Below, piece by piece: positions 1 to 10,921 of a stretch of 23,369 bases of DNA. Numbering within the stretch: position 1 is the first letter of the stretch; every line of letters starts with the position of its first letter. A program made the translations under genes and the position numbers. The stretch is from Ginkgo biloba (Eukaryota; Plantae; Ginkgophyta). The notes beneath the pieces are model-generated. The model ran no database searches, was not told where the DNA came from, and was given only the letters and a program-made list of their open reading frames with translations. The stretch is from the NCBI GenBank assembly GCA_024626585.2, contig JANKJI020000004.1:141262335-141285703 (forward strand), in the 5' to 3' direction.

Positions 1-1028
1 AGTGATGTTTTGTGTGCTTTCTTGTGTCATGGTTTCTTCTTGGACTCCCTGCTACCCCTTGGTTGGGTTGGTGTTATTGTTGAGTCTACTGAACCAGATT
101 GGTGGATCTATGTTCCTCTTGATGTGTGTCGATGTCGAAAGGTTTTCTGTAGAACCTACTAAATAGATGTTGTCATTACAACATCTTCTGGTGTCGATTT
201 CGTAGTTTGCTTCTCTCCCATTACTGTTTTCTCCGTCTGCACTTTCTCTTGTTACTTGTCAGTTTCATTTTGTGTCTCATCGACGTCTACCAGTTCTTCC
301 ACCACTGTTACTAGATCTTCTCCCTATGTCCTTTGTTCTTCCTATCCCTGTATCTGTTGTTCCTCTAGGTCTTTGCCCAACTCTATCACTGGTGGAGTGG
401 ATTTTTCCTTTGCCTCATGTTACTAGGTTTCCTTTATTTCAACTTCTCTCTACTTTTCTCGACTGCTACCTTCAAGCTTTTGCTTTTTCTTCTTCCTCTT
501 CAGCACTTCTTCTATCTCTTCCTCCTCGTCGCTGCTTGATGGCAGAATTTGTTGTCTTTTCTTTCTTTTTGCTAGTGATTATCCATATCTCAACTCTACA
601 TGAATTAATGTCGGTTCTGGCAGGGCCATACTTGGTACTTCAACCAACGTATGGCCCATCTGTCGATGATATTCATCCTTTAATAGATACCATGTGGTGA
701 TATAAGCCAGTGACCTACTATTTTGCTTGAATCCCGAGAACCTGATTTTGGTATTGTCTAGCTCGAAATAGCAACTGCATGAGTGGGTTGTCTCCCCAAT
801 AATATTGTGCATTGAATTCCCAAGGGACCCTCATTATTGTGCATGCCCAGTACTCTTTGACTGCTTGAGGTTGTCGTCGATCATATTTTCAAAATGACCT
901 TCCTACCGGAGTTTTGTCCATAGAACCTGGGGGAGGATATTTTAACATTACTAATGAAATTAATAGGTTGGACATTTGAAATGGCAGACCTTTGTGCAAT
1001 GTGTTTTTCATGGCACCATGCAATTGTT
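1..1028 (-). mobile_element. Decayed long ORF with a Glu/Lys/Gln-rich tail, probably an accessory (extra) ORF of a Ty3/Gypsy retrotransposon
   Basis: Minus-strand translation gives WVEYVKEQLHGAMK..PFQMSNLLISLV, then CYFELDNTKIRFSGFKQ.., then a charged tract (SSSDEEEEIEEVLKRKKKKQKLE..ELGKDLEEQQIQ). The tract is broken mainly by TAA/TAG at Gln-type positions. The family assignment is inferred from resemblance to plant Gypsy accessory ORFs. Confidence 0.4.
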
Positions 1029-1148
1029 CCTTGACATACTCAACCCATNNNNNNNNNNNNNNNNNNNNNNNNNNNNNNNNNNNNNNNNNNNNNNNNNNNN
1101 NNNNNNNNNNNNNNNNNNNNNNNNNNNNNNNNNNNNNNNNNNNNNNNN

Positions 1149-2700
1149 TTGATAATTAACATGCTTAGGTCATTCTTTAACTTCTTTTAGACCTTCTTTT
1201 GCATTGTTTGAGTCAATTCTAACCCTTCATGAGTCTCTTTTGACCCCTCTTTCCTGGTCTGTGACAATGAGTTATTTGTCTCTATGATTATGGGTGTTAC
1301 TCCTCTTTTAGGTATATAATAAAAGTTATTGTATCCTCCAAATTATTATTACCGCCATTGAAATTTCTGTTTTTGAAGTTCCCTTCATTTTTATTAAAAT
1401 TTTGGCCAAAGTTTCCTCCTTTAACATTGAAATTGCTACTATAATTTCCATTATTGTTATTGAAATAACCATTGTTATTATTGAAATTTCCACCATTGTT
1501 ATTGAAACTTACCATTAGAATTCCCTCCAATAGCATTGAGATTTCCACTGCTTTTAAGGTTATTGTTATTGTTAGTTACATTAGAGTTACTTAAAGGGTT
1601 AGATCCTACAATATTTTGTTGTCTAGTAGTAATGACATTTGGCCTATTGAAGCCAACAAAAGGGTTCGATTGCCCCATCAGTGTTGTTGTTACAACACAA
1701 AACATAATATTTTGGCTTTTGAAGGTACCGATTTGGCCACAAAATGCACAATTCTAACTAGTGAAGTTAATGTCAAATTGTTGTATCCACTAAATAAATT
1801 ATCCTTGTTAGTATTTAAAAAACCAAAACTTTTTGGTATTGTCCACTATTGTAATTCGTAGGCAGATTATTGGTGCTAGTATTATATGTGGTCATTCAAA
1901 AATTCTTTGAAAATTATGACGTATTCTAATTACTATTATTATTCATGAAACTAAAGTAGTAAACTCTCAAGCCACTATTAACATTGCCCAATAGGCTTTG
2001 GTTTAGATAATTATTATATTAGTGCAAGTCATTATGGTAACCTCTCGAAAGTGAACCTCTTGAGGATAAGTAAGAACTATTGGAAGGTTTTCCATGCTTT
2101 TATATGGTGTATTTTTTCATAGGTTGTAGAAGCTTTGTTACTCCTGTGTAATTGTTACTGACTCCTAGCTCAATTTCATCAATTCTTCTCAATTGTAGTG
2201 GTTGGTTATGTTCCTACAAGAATACTTCATAATTGCTCTACTTAGCTTATTACAAATATCTTCTTCATGGACGTTGTTTTTGTTTTGAAGAATAGGCATC
2301 TCCTACCTAATGGTTTTCCATTAAGGTTGAGGCTTTTCCATTCTCCTTTTCTACTAGTTTTGACCTTAATTCATTTCTTCCAATTGTCTCATTGCTTCTT
2401 CACCTAGTGTTGGATGTAGTTTTTCCACTATTACTCTATTATAAAGTTTAGCATTATTCCAACTACTCACTTTCTTCAAGGTATCCTCCTCCATTTTCCT
2501 TATAGCCCCAATATCCTTTGGTTCGTCCCCTTTAAGAGTCATTGTCCATCATATTAATTCCAATGAACTTGCCTTGTCATTCTAGTCTCTTTTATTATTA
2601 TTTGGGGTGCTATCCTCATTTATTACTTCATTAAATGATGATACATAGACATAAATGTTAAGGGAAGGCCTCTAACACCTAACCCTTAATACCCATACTC
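1149..2700 (-). mobile_element. Degenerate LINE (L1-clade) ORF1-like remnant with zinc knuckle
   Basis: Minus strand reads APIICLRITIVD..WIQQFDINFTS*NCAFCGQIG (WIQ 1781-1789, CAFCGQIG ~1727-1750). This resembles the plant LINE ORF1 pattern 'ARICVEVD..WxQxLDYE..CxxCGxxGH' (zf-CCHC_4). A low-complexity Asn/Gly tract follows. Many stops and frameshifts. Confidence 0.45.
1340..1575 (-). repeat. (AAT/AAC)-rich low-complexity tract encoding Asn/Gly/Phe repeats (GNFNNNN)
   Basis: Repeated ttattgttattgaaat/ttattattaccgcc units; ORF-track peptide SFNNNGGNFNNNNGYFNNNNGNYSSNFN. Confidence 0.75.
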
Positions 2701-3629
2701 GATTATCACATCTAGAAATGACTATCTCTCTCCTTTTATAATTTTCTCTCTCAAAATAAATATGACATGTCTCCTCAAAGCCAAAATACATAACCCTAAA
2801 TTATTTCTCTTCATTAAATATTCCTCTGTTTATTTTGAACCCTGATTAATGCACCTATATTGTGCGCCTAAGATTTCCCCATTAATGTATCATTTAGTGT
2901 GGGTTTCCTTCCACAATAAATGCATCTAAAGTTTCTTCATTAAATATGGGTGTACTGCATTCTGTGTGCCATTTAAGAGCAATCATCATCCTCCTTACTG
3001 TGCCATAAATGTTATTCTATACTTAATGGAGATGGTGATGTCATTCCTATATTAAATGTGCTTAGATTGGTTAACATAATTACTCCTCATTATGCCATAT
3101 ATGGGTAAGGTCACTACTATAATGCTGACATCATCCTTCTATAATAAATTCCCTCTGATGAAATCATAAATGTGAATGTCCTTACTACATTAAATGCGAC
3201 CATACCTATCAACTAATGCTAAAGTCATCATGAGGTCATTACTCTACCATTATTACTATATTAAATCCATCTAAAATTTGTCATAAATAATTTTGTGGAG
3301 TCATTAACCTTTGTTGCTATTGCATCTTCTTTTGTTACCACATCATCTGGCATTATAATTGACTACCAAAGTCCTGATAATGTCATGATTTCATCATAAT
3401 TGCATCGTGGCTACATCTAAATTGTTCATTCAACTATGTCAAGGCCACATCATTACCACATCACTATTAGTCTACAAACGCCTCCAAAGTCTTAGAGTGC
3501 ATAAACCCAACACATTCAAATCTTACTTTGGTGAGCATGTATCTTCATGGATTGTGTGCATAATACAACAACAATAGTTGCAACATGCTCAAAATGCATA
3601 GCTGCTTCATGCCATAAAACTATGTGAAC

Positions 3630-4000
3630 GAAAAATATCACTATGTGAAGGGTGTTATTGTAATGAACTCATAAAAAGGCTTTTACATCCAATGGATTTA
3701 ACTATAAACATACTTTCGAAGATCACTTAAAAAGATATTAGTAGTCCTAATATGATATATGGTTATACATCAAAGATGGACAATAGGTCTTAAGTGAGGC
3801 CCTTGGGAATAATAGAGATGTCCCTGTCACAATCACAAGGGTGGTCAATCTCTAAGAATATGCAATATCGAAGATTTCCATTAGGGATAAATCCAACCCA
3901 CCTTATCAAGGAAAGATTGGCTACGCAATAGAAAGATACTACAAAACTAGTGGCACTATACTTTTATGTTATGTATGGAAAATCGATGTAGTTGTCTGTG
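3630..4000 (+). mobile_element. Ty3/Gypsy aspartic protease remnant
   Basis: Frame-broken translation VKGVIV..TINILSKIT..KMDNRS*VRPLGII/RDVPVTI..DWLRN. It matches the Gypsy protease pattern 'VIVDGGSSINIL..MADRSxVxPLGIIxDVPV..LGRxWL'. Confidence 0.6.
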
Positions 4001-4282
4001 ATTATAAATGGCCTAGCCATTTCGAAATCAACGATGAAGCCTCTAGCACGAAATTTTTGTCAAAATCCACAATCAATTCATACTCTAAGTTAGGATATCA
4101 TTGCACCCCTAAACCAAACAAATTATTGAAGACAATTCCCATGAGCCTAATTTTCAAGGAGAAATCTAAATAGATGACAATTNNNNNNNNNNNNNNNNNN
4201 NNNNNNNNNNNNNNNNNNNNNNNNNNNNNNNNNNNNNNNNNNNNNNNNNNNNNNNNNNNNNNNNNNNNNNNNNNNNNNNNNN

Positions 4283-4494
4283 GGTTCCACCCTCAAAGTG
4301 GCTATAATCTATTGAGTCCATATTTTGCAATATGAGTTCTTGAGCTTGTTGGATCTGTGTTCATTGTTGGAGATTTACATCGAGGTTCTCTACACAAGAT
4401 GAGCAAGAATTTTTTTAGGAGGTCAAGTATTGGATGAGGGTAACCGACTATCAGCCCTTCCCCCTTACCCATGAACAATTTTAAGCTATCTACA
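4283..4494 (-). mobile_element. Putative LTR start (TGTAGATAGC...) downstream of the integrase tail of the minus-strand Gypsy element
   Basis: The minus strand begins TGTAGA at 4494, preceded by purine-rich GAAAATAGTAAAAGA and a (TG)n run where a PPT is expected. No second LTR copy was found. Confidence 0.3.
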
Positions 4495-4495
4495 A

Positions 4496-4512
4496 ACACA
4501 CACACACACACA
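4496..4512. repeat. (CA)n microsatellite
   Basis: Short uninterrupted (CA) run seen directly. Confidence 0.85.
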
Positions 4513-4529
4513 TCTTTTACTATTTTCAA

Positions 4530-5190
4530 GGAGAATGTTGCATAACCCCCAGCCAGATTGTCTTGAAGTTGGCCCTTGACTTGTCAGAGTGGTAGTAGCC
4601 ATCATCATGAACAATAGAAAGTACATGTTTGTTTTGTATGTCTTTCAACTTTTTTAGGGTTTTCATCATTTTCATCTTTCCAACTTTTTATGGATTTTCA
4701 TATAAGAATCTGATTGTTGCCATACTGCAACATGTATATAGTACAAGGGTGTCGCTACGAAGGCAATTAGTTGTGGAATAGCTTCATACAGCTTTGAGTT
4801 TACCAATTTAGGCAACAGTTCACAGTCTAGTTTACCATTGTCTTGCACATACTAAATGAGGTCAAGCCCAAGCCAACGCTTCTTCATTTTGTCGAGCCTA
4901 ATGTGAAACTTACTATCATGCAATATTACTTGAACTCTTCTACGATTGTTCCACATTTTTTGTTGCTATTGCTTGTTATAGGACATGTATGTCCCCAATN
5001 NNNNNNNNNNNNNNNNNNCATTGTCCATTGCTTTTTACGAATTTTAATCTCTATTGAATTGTACAACAAGAATTCTTTGGACTTGTAACCTCTTAGTTGA
5101 AAGCGAAGATGTTCGAAAGTTTTATATTCATCTTTATGTATTATTGTGTTGTTACTTAGCTAATTTTGATCCTTTTTTTTACGCAGGTGT
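4530..5190 (-). mobile_element. Ty3/Gypsy integrase C-terminal (GPY/F-like) modules, apparently three degenerate copies
   Basis: HDSKFHIRLDKMKKRWLG..QDNGKLDCELLPKLVN (RWLG 4867-4878); VHDDGYYHSDKSRANFKTIWLG (~4547-4610); HLRFQ..FLLYNSIEIK (~5045-5115). Compare with consensus 'VLLYDSRF..GKLxxRWLGPY..NG..LDG..VNGxRLK'. Confidence 0.55.
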
Positions 5191-5479
5191 CATAGTTCTT
5201 CTTTATATTATAACACGTGTCTTGGTTTTAAGTTCATATGCTTCTTGTAACCAAATTACCATAAAACAAGTGGAGTCTTCTCCATCTGAATTACTCCCAA
5301 TCTCAATTTCACCTTGACAATTAGGTTCCCGTGCTTTAGTCTCAACATTGTTTTGCCACACAATGATATGCAAATTCCAAAGAGATTGCTTCAAAGGACA
5401 TTATTGTGTTGGAAGCATTGTCATTAACTTTCCTAAAAGATGGTCAATTTGTGGTCATTGGCAGGGTTACTAATTTTCC

Positions 5480-5790
5480 ATTCTACCATAAGGTAAAAAG
5501 TACAGTGCCACCAATCTTGTAAAGCCTTGGTTTCATGTAACAATTCACGTCCTAATAAGGTAGGATATGATCATCCTCTGGTTGGCATATTCAATATCGC
5601 AAAATCTTGTTATACGATTATGCCAACTATTGTGATAAGAACATTCTCAAATGTCCTTAAGGGTCACACTTGTGATTGGTCTGCCATGGTAAGGATATAA
5701 TTGGTAGATGTCATGGCAGGAATCCCAATTGCCTTCCAAGTATTATTTTTGGTAGTACATTTATAGCCGAACCACCGTATATCCCAATAA
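5480..5790 (-). mobile_element. Ty3/Gypsy aspartic protease remnant
   Basis: IYGGSAINVLP (catalytic D->Y, 5768-5779) /NTWKAIGIP..LTMADQSQV*PLRTFENVLITIVG..QDFAILNM..SYPTLLGRELL (LLGR 5547-5558)..ALQDW. Confidence 0.8.
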
Positions 5791-6299
5791 TTACATAGAT
5801 ACATGCAAATCTCTATCTAGATTAGCTCAAAGTTGTCTAATTGGTACAATTTCATCATCTCTAACCCTACAGGTAATTTTTGTAGTTGTTTTGGTTCCTA
5901 GAACTGAAAAAGTGTAGATAAGGGTATGCTCAGCTTTAGATCATCTACGAATCACTTGAAAACCTCTAATTTTTGCAATTTTGTTAATGTAGTTGGTATT
6001 AATGACAGTTAAATTTGTCGTGACTTTTGTAGGGATTGGTGTCATCCGTTCAGTTTCATTGGGCAGGGCAATGTTGTAGGTGTTGATGACTCCTCTAGTG
6101 GATGCTTACGTACATATGTTTCTGTAGTCTTTTGTTCGCTTCTACTCCATTCAATTTCTTGTCGATCCTTTTAAGATCAAAATTATTTTGCTTCCTTTAT
6201 GAGTCTCTATGCCTCTTCACATTTGGCCTTTGCTTCATGTCCACCAAACTCTAATGCTTCTTTTGTAGCAAGGAAGCTATCTTTTTCCTTCTTTGAATT

Positions 6300-7290
6300 C
6301 ATGAAATCCATCCATGTTGAGTTTGTGTTTTAGTCCTTTTGCTAGTCCATGTACATACGTTAACACTATAAGTTTGTTTAGTTATTTGTTTGGCATCAAG
6401 TGTCTTGCCAACCAGATTTGCACCTTTATTCGTTTGAGGGCAATTCTCTGAATTATGACCACCACATCTGCCATCCTTGCACAACAAACCATTATTGTTT
6501 GCATATATGGGTAGTCTTACGAGAGATGCCCCCTCCAACCACCTCGTACAAGTAAGACTAGGGGCTAATATCCATGGTTGGCTCCTTGGTAGCTCATGTG
6601 ATGATTAGAATTTCCTTTGTAACCACCTCATTGTCCTTTGCCACATCATTGCCCATTTTGGTAACTTTGAAGGTTAGTATAGCAACCCTTCATGTCATGG
6701 GTATATTTATCATAGGTGCCACAGCACCTCTTCTAGGTGGTGGCAAGGTGTTCAATATGTTGGGTTTGGTTATATCCCATCTTATTATCCTTCGTACACT
6801 AATCTTTTTCCTAGGTGGGTCCTTTCTTCTTAAGTTTCATTTTGGCAATTTCAACATGCAATTTCTCGATTTCTACATCTTTGTTATCAATCTTCTCTGG
6901 TGCTTTACTAGCATTTCTCACTAGTACGTATTTGCAAGGGAGATCTATGTAGGCCCACTCATCTAAATGGAAATGGAATTCATCAATTGTCATTTGTTTT
7001 TCAAATGCCATCACCAAATGTTGGATCTATTCATAATTTTTCATAGGGTGTTGTTTGACCTTATGTTATTACTGTGCTAATTAGCCTTTTACAAAGCAGT
7101 GTAACATCTAAATTGGGATGACTACCTTTTAGGTGTCCAATTCTAGAGACAACAATTGAAATCCTCCATTCTAATCTCTTTTCATTTTGTTGTATTTCTT
7201 CTTGATCTCTCATAAGGTTTTGTAAATGGATGCTAGTTCAAGCAACATTCAGAATTGATCTAAGAAGAGTTCTTAAATACTTGCCCCAAA
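6300..7290 (-). mobile_element. Ty3/Gypsy gag remnant with two degenerate zinc-knuckle-like motifs
   Basis: Coiled-coil DVEIEKLHVEIAKMKLK followed by KD*CTKDNKMGY (WCxxCxxxGH-like) and LCKDGRCGGHNSENCPQ. It lies upstream of the protease on the same strand. Confidence 0.6.
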
Positions 7291-7349
7291 GTGACATATT
7301 ATGTGATAGAAACAATATGGGGAGGACCTTTAAGAGTCTATAAGAAGCT

Positions 7350-7441
7350 TCAAATTTTATGTAGTACATTCCAAAAATATGTAATTTTTATTTTTTTTTA
7401 AAGATAGTTACATTAGTTTTAACAATTCTATGCCTTCACAA
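7350..7441 (+). repeat. ~92-bp direct repeat, copy 1 (copy 2 at 9151-9246)
   Basis: tcaaattttatgtagtacattccaaaaatatgtaatt...ctatgccttcacaaa is near identical in both copies except for the T-run. Copy 1 ends at an N gap. Confidence 0.9.
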
Positions 7442-8473
7442 NNNNNNNNNNNNNNNNNNNNNNNNNNNNNNNNNNNNNNNNNNNNNNNNNNNNNNNNNNN
7501 NNNNNNNNNNNNNNNNNNNNNNNNNNNNNNNNNNNNNNNNNAAACTCCAATCCTTTAAAGGAAGAAGGAAATAATCAACTTCTTTTTGTGACTAAACATA
7601 AATGGGACCTAAAAGATGAGCACCTATTGCCTCCAAAAATGGGCAAGGATCAATTAGATATTTGTAGTGCTTGCATGACTATAGAAAACTATATGGTTAT
7701 TAATTTAGTAAATGGCATGAATTTGTAATGCTATCCATAATCATGCATATGGTTTTTTTTTAAGGTGCAATATTTGAAGTTGCTATAACACAATGTTTGC
7801 AACATTGGCTCACTGATTTACAAGTCAAGTGGATACATGTTAAAGCTTGTGCTTATAATTTTTATATCTACAACTTGTATTTCTATTCATTTAATATCTT
7901 GAAGAGATATTGAGTATAAATATAGACTGCGAGTATCACATCTAAATATAAAGTAACATATTGATGAATATTACAAGAAGCAATGTAATTCTCAGAAAAA
8001 ACTTAAATGTATTTTTCATAAAACATGAGGCTTGTATTTCTTAAGAGAATCTTGTTCACTATAGTACCTTTGTTGTGTAATATACTATCTCGTTTCATTG
8101 CACGATTTCTTGTCATAACATGTAAATTTATTTTCCAAAAAAAATCATAGAATGATGTTCAAACACAAAAATGTGCATATTAAATAACACATAATGTCAT
8201 AAGCCAAAACCTATTGATTTCTAATAACTATAGTTAAAAGGAATGGGAATGTGTAATGTTAAAAGCTAAAAACCAATGTGAAAGGATATGCATATAAATA
8301 TGTGCTCATACCTTAAATGTTTACTTCATTTGAGGCCCAACGTTCTCTTATTTGTGTTTGAATTTGATTAAATATTGATTTGATTTGAATTCCTTCCTTA
8401 ATTTTTAAAGCTCTTATTACTAATTTAAGTGGATGGATGGATGTCCACAAATGGATAAGTCCTTTCACACACA

Positions 8474-8657
8474 CACACACACATGTCTATGTGCACATGT
8501 GCACACACACACACACAAGGAAGAAAAATAAACGTATGTCCATCTCCAATACACACACACATGTATGTGTGCGTGTTGGAGGTGGACAAATGTTTATTTT
8601 TACTCTTTGTGTGTGCATGTATATGTGTGCGCACACGTGTATATACATGTGTGTGCG
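8474..8657. repeat. Foldback inverted repeat with (CA)/(TG) arms and a unique-sequence core stem
   Basis: 8510-8559 pairs with 8566-8615 over 50 positions (4 G:U and 4 mismatches on the + strand, 6-nt loop). Outer CA/TG-rich arms extend the stem imperfectly. Confidence 0.85.
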
Positions 8658-8709
8658 CATGTATACCTATACATACCCATGGCAAATAATTGCCACAACA
8701 ATATACCTC

Positions 8710-10120
8710 CTCAAATGTATTTTCTTGCTTTGAAGCATACATTACTATAGATGTTACATGTTGGACATGATTATTTCCATTCCAAATACATTCCAACTAT
8801 GCTGAATTATGCAATTCCTTGGTTGCCTCAAGATCCAACTTATGAGGCAATATAATGCCATACTTTTAGTTTGTCCCTTATGTAAGGCTATGTGAATCAT
8901 AAACGTAATTTAGAAAAATGAAATTTGTGCCCATTAAAAATACTTAAAATGATATAGTCTCCTATGGCTTATGTAGTAAATAACTATTTACCATTCATGT
9001 TTAATTAAATTTTGATCATATGGACTCCCTACAATGCACAAACCCTTAAGGCTACATACTTTATCGGATGTCTCACACCAACTACAACATACTTGTCTCT
9101 CTGTGTACACACAACATGTATGTATGCCGATTTTCTATCTATAGAAATCATCAAATTTTATGTAGTACATTCCAAAAATATGTAATTTTATTTATTTTTT
9201 TTTAAAGATAGTTACATTAGTTTTAACAATTCTATGCCTTCACAAAATAAGCATTCTCATTAATCACCATGCTTATATTTATGTGGCATCTATGTTCAAG
9301 AGAGTATATATACTTGAAACCACCTCCATTTCATCACCAAGTTCATTACGATATGGGCATCAAACTATCCACATTAGTGATTAGTATAGTGAATAAAGAA
9401 ACATCTAGACAAATTATATAAAGAAGTGACCACCAAAATACATATGCAAGAAAAATGTTGGGTTTAATATGGACCATCATACATATGTTGTTTGTTGGCA
9501 TCTTTTTATGTTTCTTTATGGTGTCTTTGGTTTGAATCCTATAAAAATATGTGACTTTGCATCTAATAGCCATCATGCAGGGTGATTCACAATACTTTTT
9601 GGTAATTACTTTTTATGGCCTTCCTAGAAGTTTCTATCTCATTGCAATAAATGTAATAATAATCAACAATGGTTCAAGCCCTTCTAGAGTGACTTTCTTC
9701 TGCCATTGATCAACAATAGTTTTTTTCCTCATTGAAAGTGACTTCCTTCTACCATAGATATTCCTCATCCATTCAATTCCGAATGCATCCTTGTATAAGC
9801 ACAAAGGAGTCCTTTGTCCTTGATAAACACCATTGTCCATCCATAACACATGAGTATGTAATTGCTTCATCCTATGATGCGCATCATGGAGCTGATCGTC
9901 CTAAAATTCTAATGAACTGGGGAATTATGAGGCCAATGAATGCCTAGGAGTATGACTCTTAGATATACTCTTTAGTGCTAATTGCGGTGTTATAAAACAA
10001 GTTTATGTTGCAAGTGGTTTCACAATGATGAACATCATTGAAGATTTCTTTTGAGATTCCACAAGTCATCTACCATTCTGAATAACAACTCTTATATGCA
10101 ATATCTCAAGCAATTTATTC
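8710..10120 (-). mobile_element. Highly decayed CACTA (En/Spm) TnpD-like transposase remnant
   Basis: Colinear motifs on the minus strand: MVDDLWN (10056-10076), STKEY/LRVILL (9945-9962), HNSPVH*NF (~HDFPAYGNL), VYQGQR (9811-9828; ~VYMGHR), YTRMHSELNG, MMVHIKPNIF (9451-9480; ~DVMHIEKNVF), KGQTK (8865-8879), KLDLEATKELH (8809-8841), MYASKQE. Each match is weak; the conserved order is the support. No TIRs found. Confidence 0.5.
9151..9246 (+). repeat. Direct repeat, copy 2 of 7350-7441
   Basis: Direct sequence comparison. Confidence 0.9.
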
Positions 10121-10292
10121 AAGCTATAGACATTGTTGCAAGGCTTCATTCAATAACAACCATTTCATCTTATTTTGTACTTTTCAAGTGTGCGTGGAGA
10201 ATGAGTCGCAAATAAAGTGGATGGATGGAAGTGAGCCTCCAAGCCCATGGCCCATTTAGACACATGGTAAACGATTACCTTGTTATGCATAA

Positions 10293-10541
10293 TGCAACCC
10301 TTCAATCTATGCACATACTCTACTACAAATGCCTAAATGAGTTGCACAAGTGCATGAGATGTAATAGTATGCAACAAATCATTTCAATGCCTACTCATGT
10401 GTTACTCATGCTTGCACAATTGCACCTGGTCATCCGTTGTTTGTGCTCTACAACTTTTTGCAACCCTTCAATACCGTCTAAAGAGTTCACAAGTGCATGA
10501 AATGTTTTAAGATGCCACAAAGCATTCCAATGTCTACTCAT
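10293..10541. repeat. Diverged local duplication (10293-10398 vs 10459-10541)
   Basis: Both copies read tgcaacccttcaat...cacaagtgcatga...caatg(c/t)ctactcat; the second is ~20 bp shorter. Confidence 0.8.
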
Positions 10542-10921
10542 CCATTACAAACGTACTACAACATTCTAACAATTTTTACATACTTATATCAAAACAACAT
10601 ATAGGTGTCCATTCATCATTTACTTGAGATATGCAACCCTTTGCCATGTATAATATGAAAAGAATTGGACGACACAGATATATGCAACCATTTACTATGG
10701 CTCGAAAAATTGTAATAAGTAATAAAAAATAAGGCGATAAACTCCACATCGTTTGAGACTCTTCTAGAAATAGATAACACATGCCTCTTGTAATCACCCA
10801 TGTATATAATTAAAATCTACAATATATGCTAAAAAATTAGGCCTATTCGACTAACCACCCCCTAATTAATATGAAGAAGGAATATAAAAATATGTTGAAA
10901 TCATTCATATGCGCTGCCTCT

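Noticed and set aside
272-700. 142-aa hydrophobic + strand ORF as a membrane protein
   Set aside because: It is the antisense shadow of the purine-rich Glu/Lys coding remnant on the minus strand.
6574-6924. 116-aa hydrophobic + strand ORF
   Set aside because: It is antisense to the gag remnant, with no independent motif.
7543-7850. Open + strand frame and splice-like signals suggesting two exons
   Set aside because: No recognisable protein motif, and the most natural splice runs into a stop.
8425-8796. Four overlapping His/Thr/Cys/Val-rich ORFs
   Set aside because: These are artefacts of CA/TG repeats lacking stop codons.
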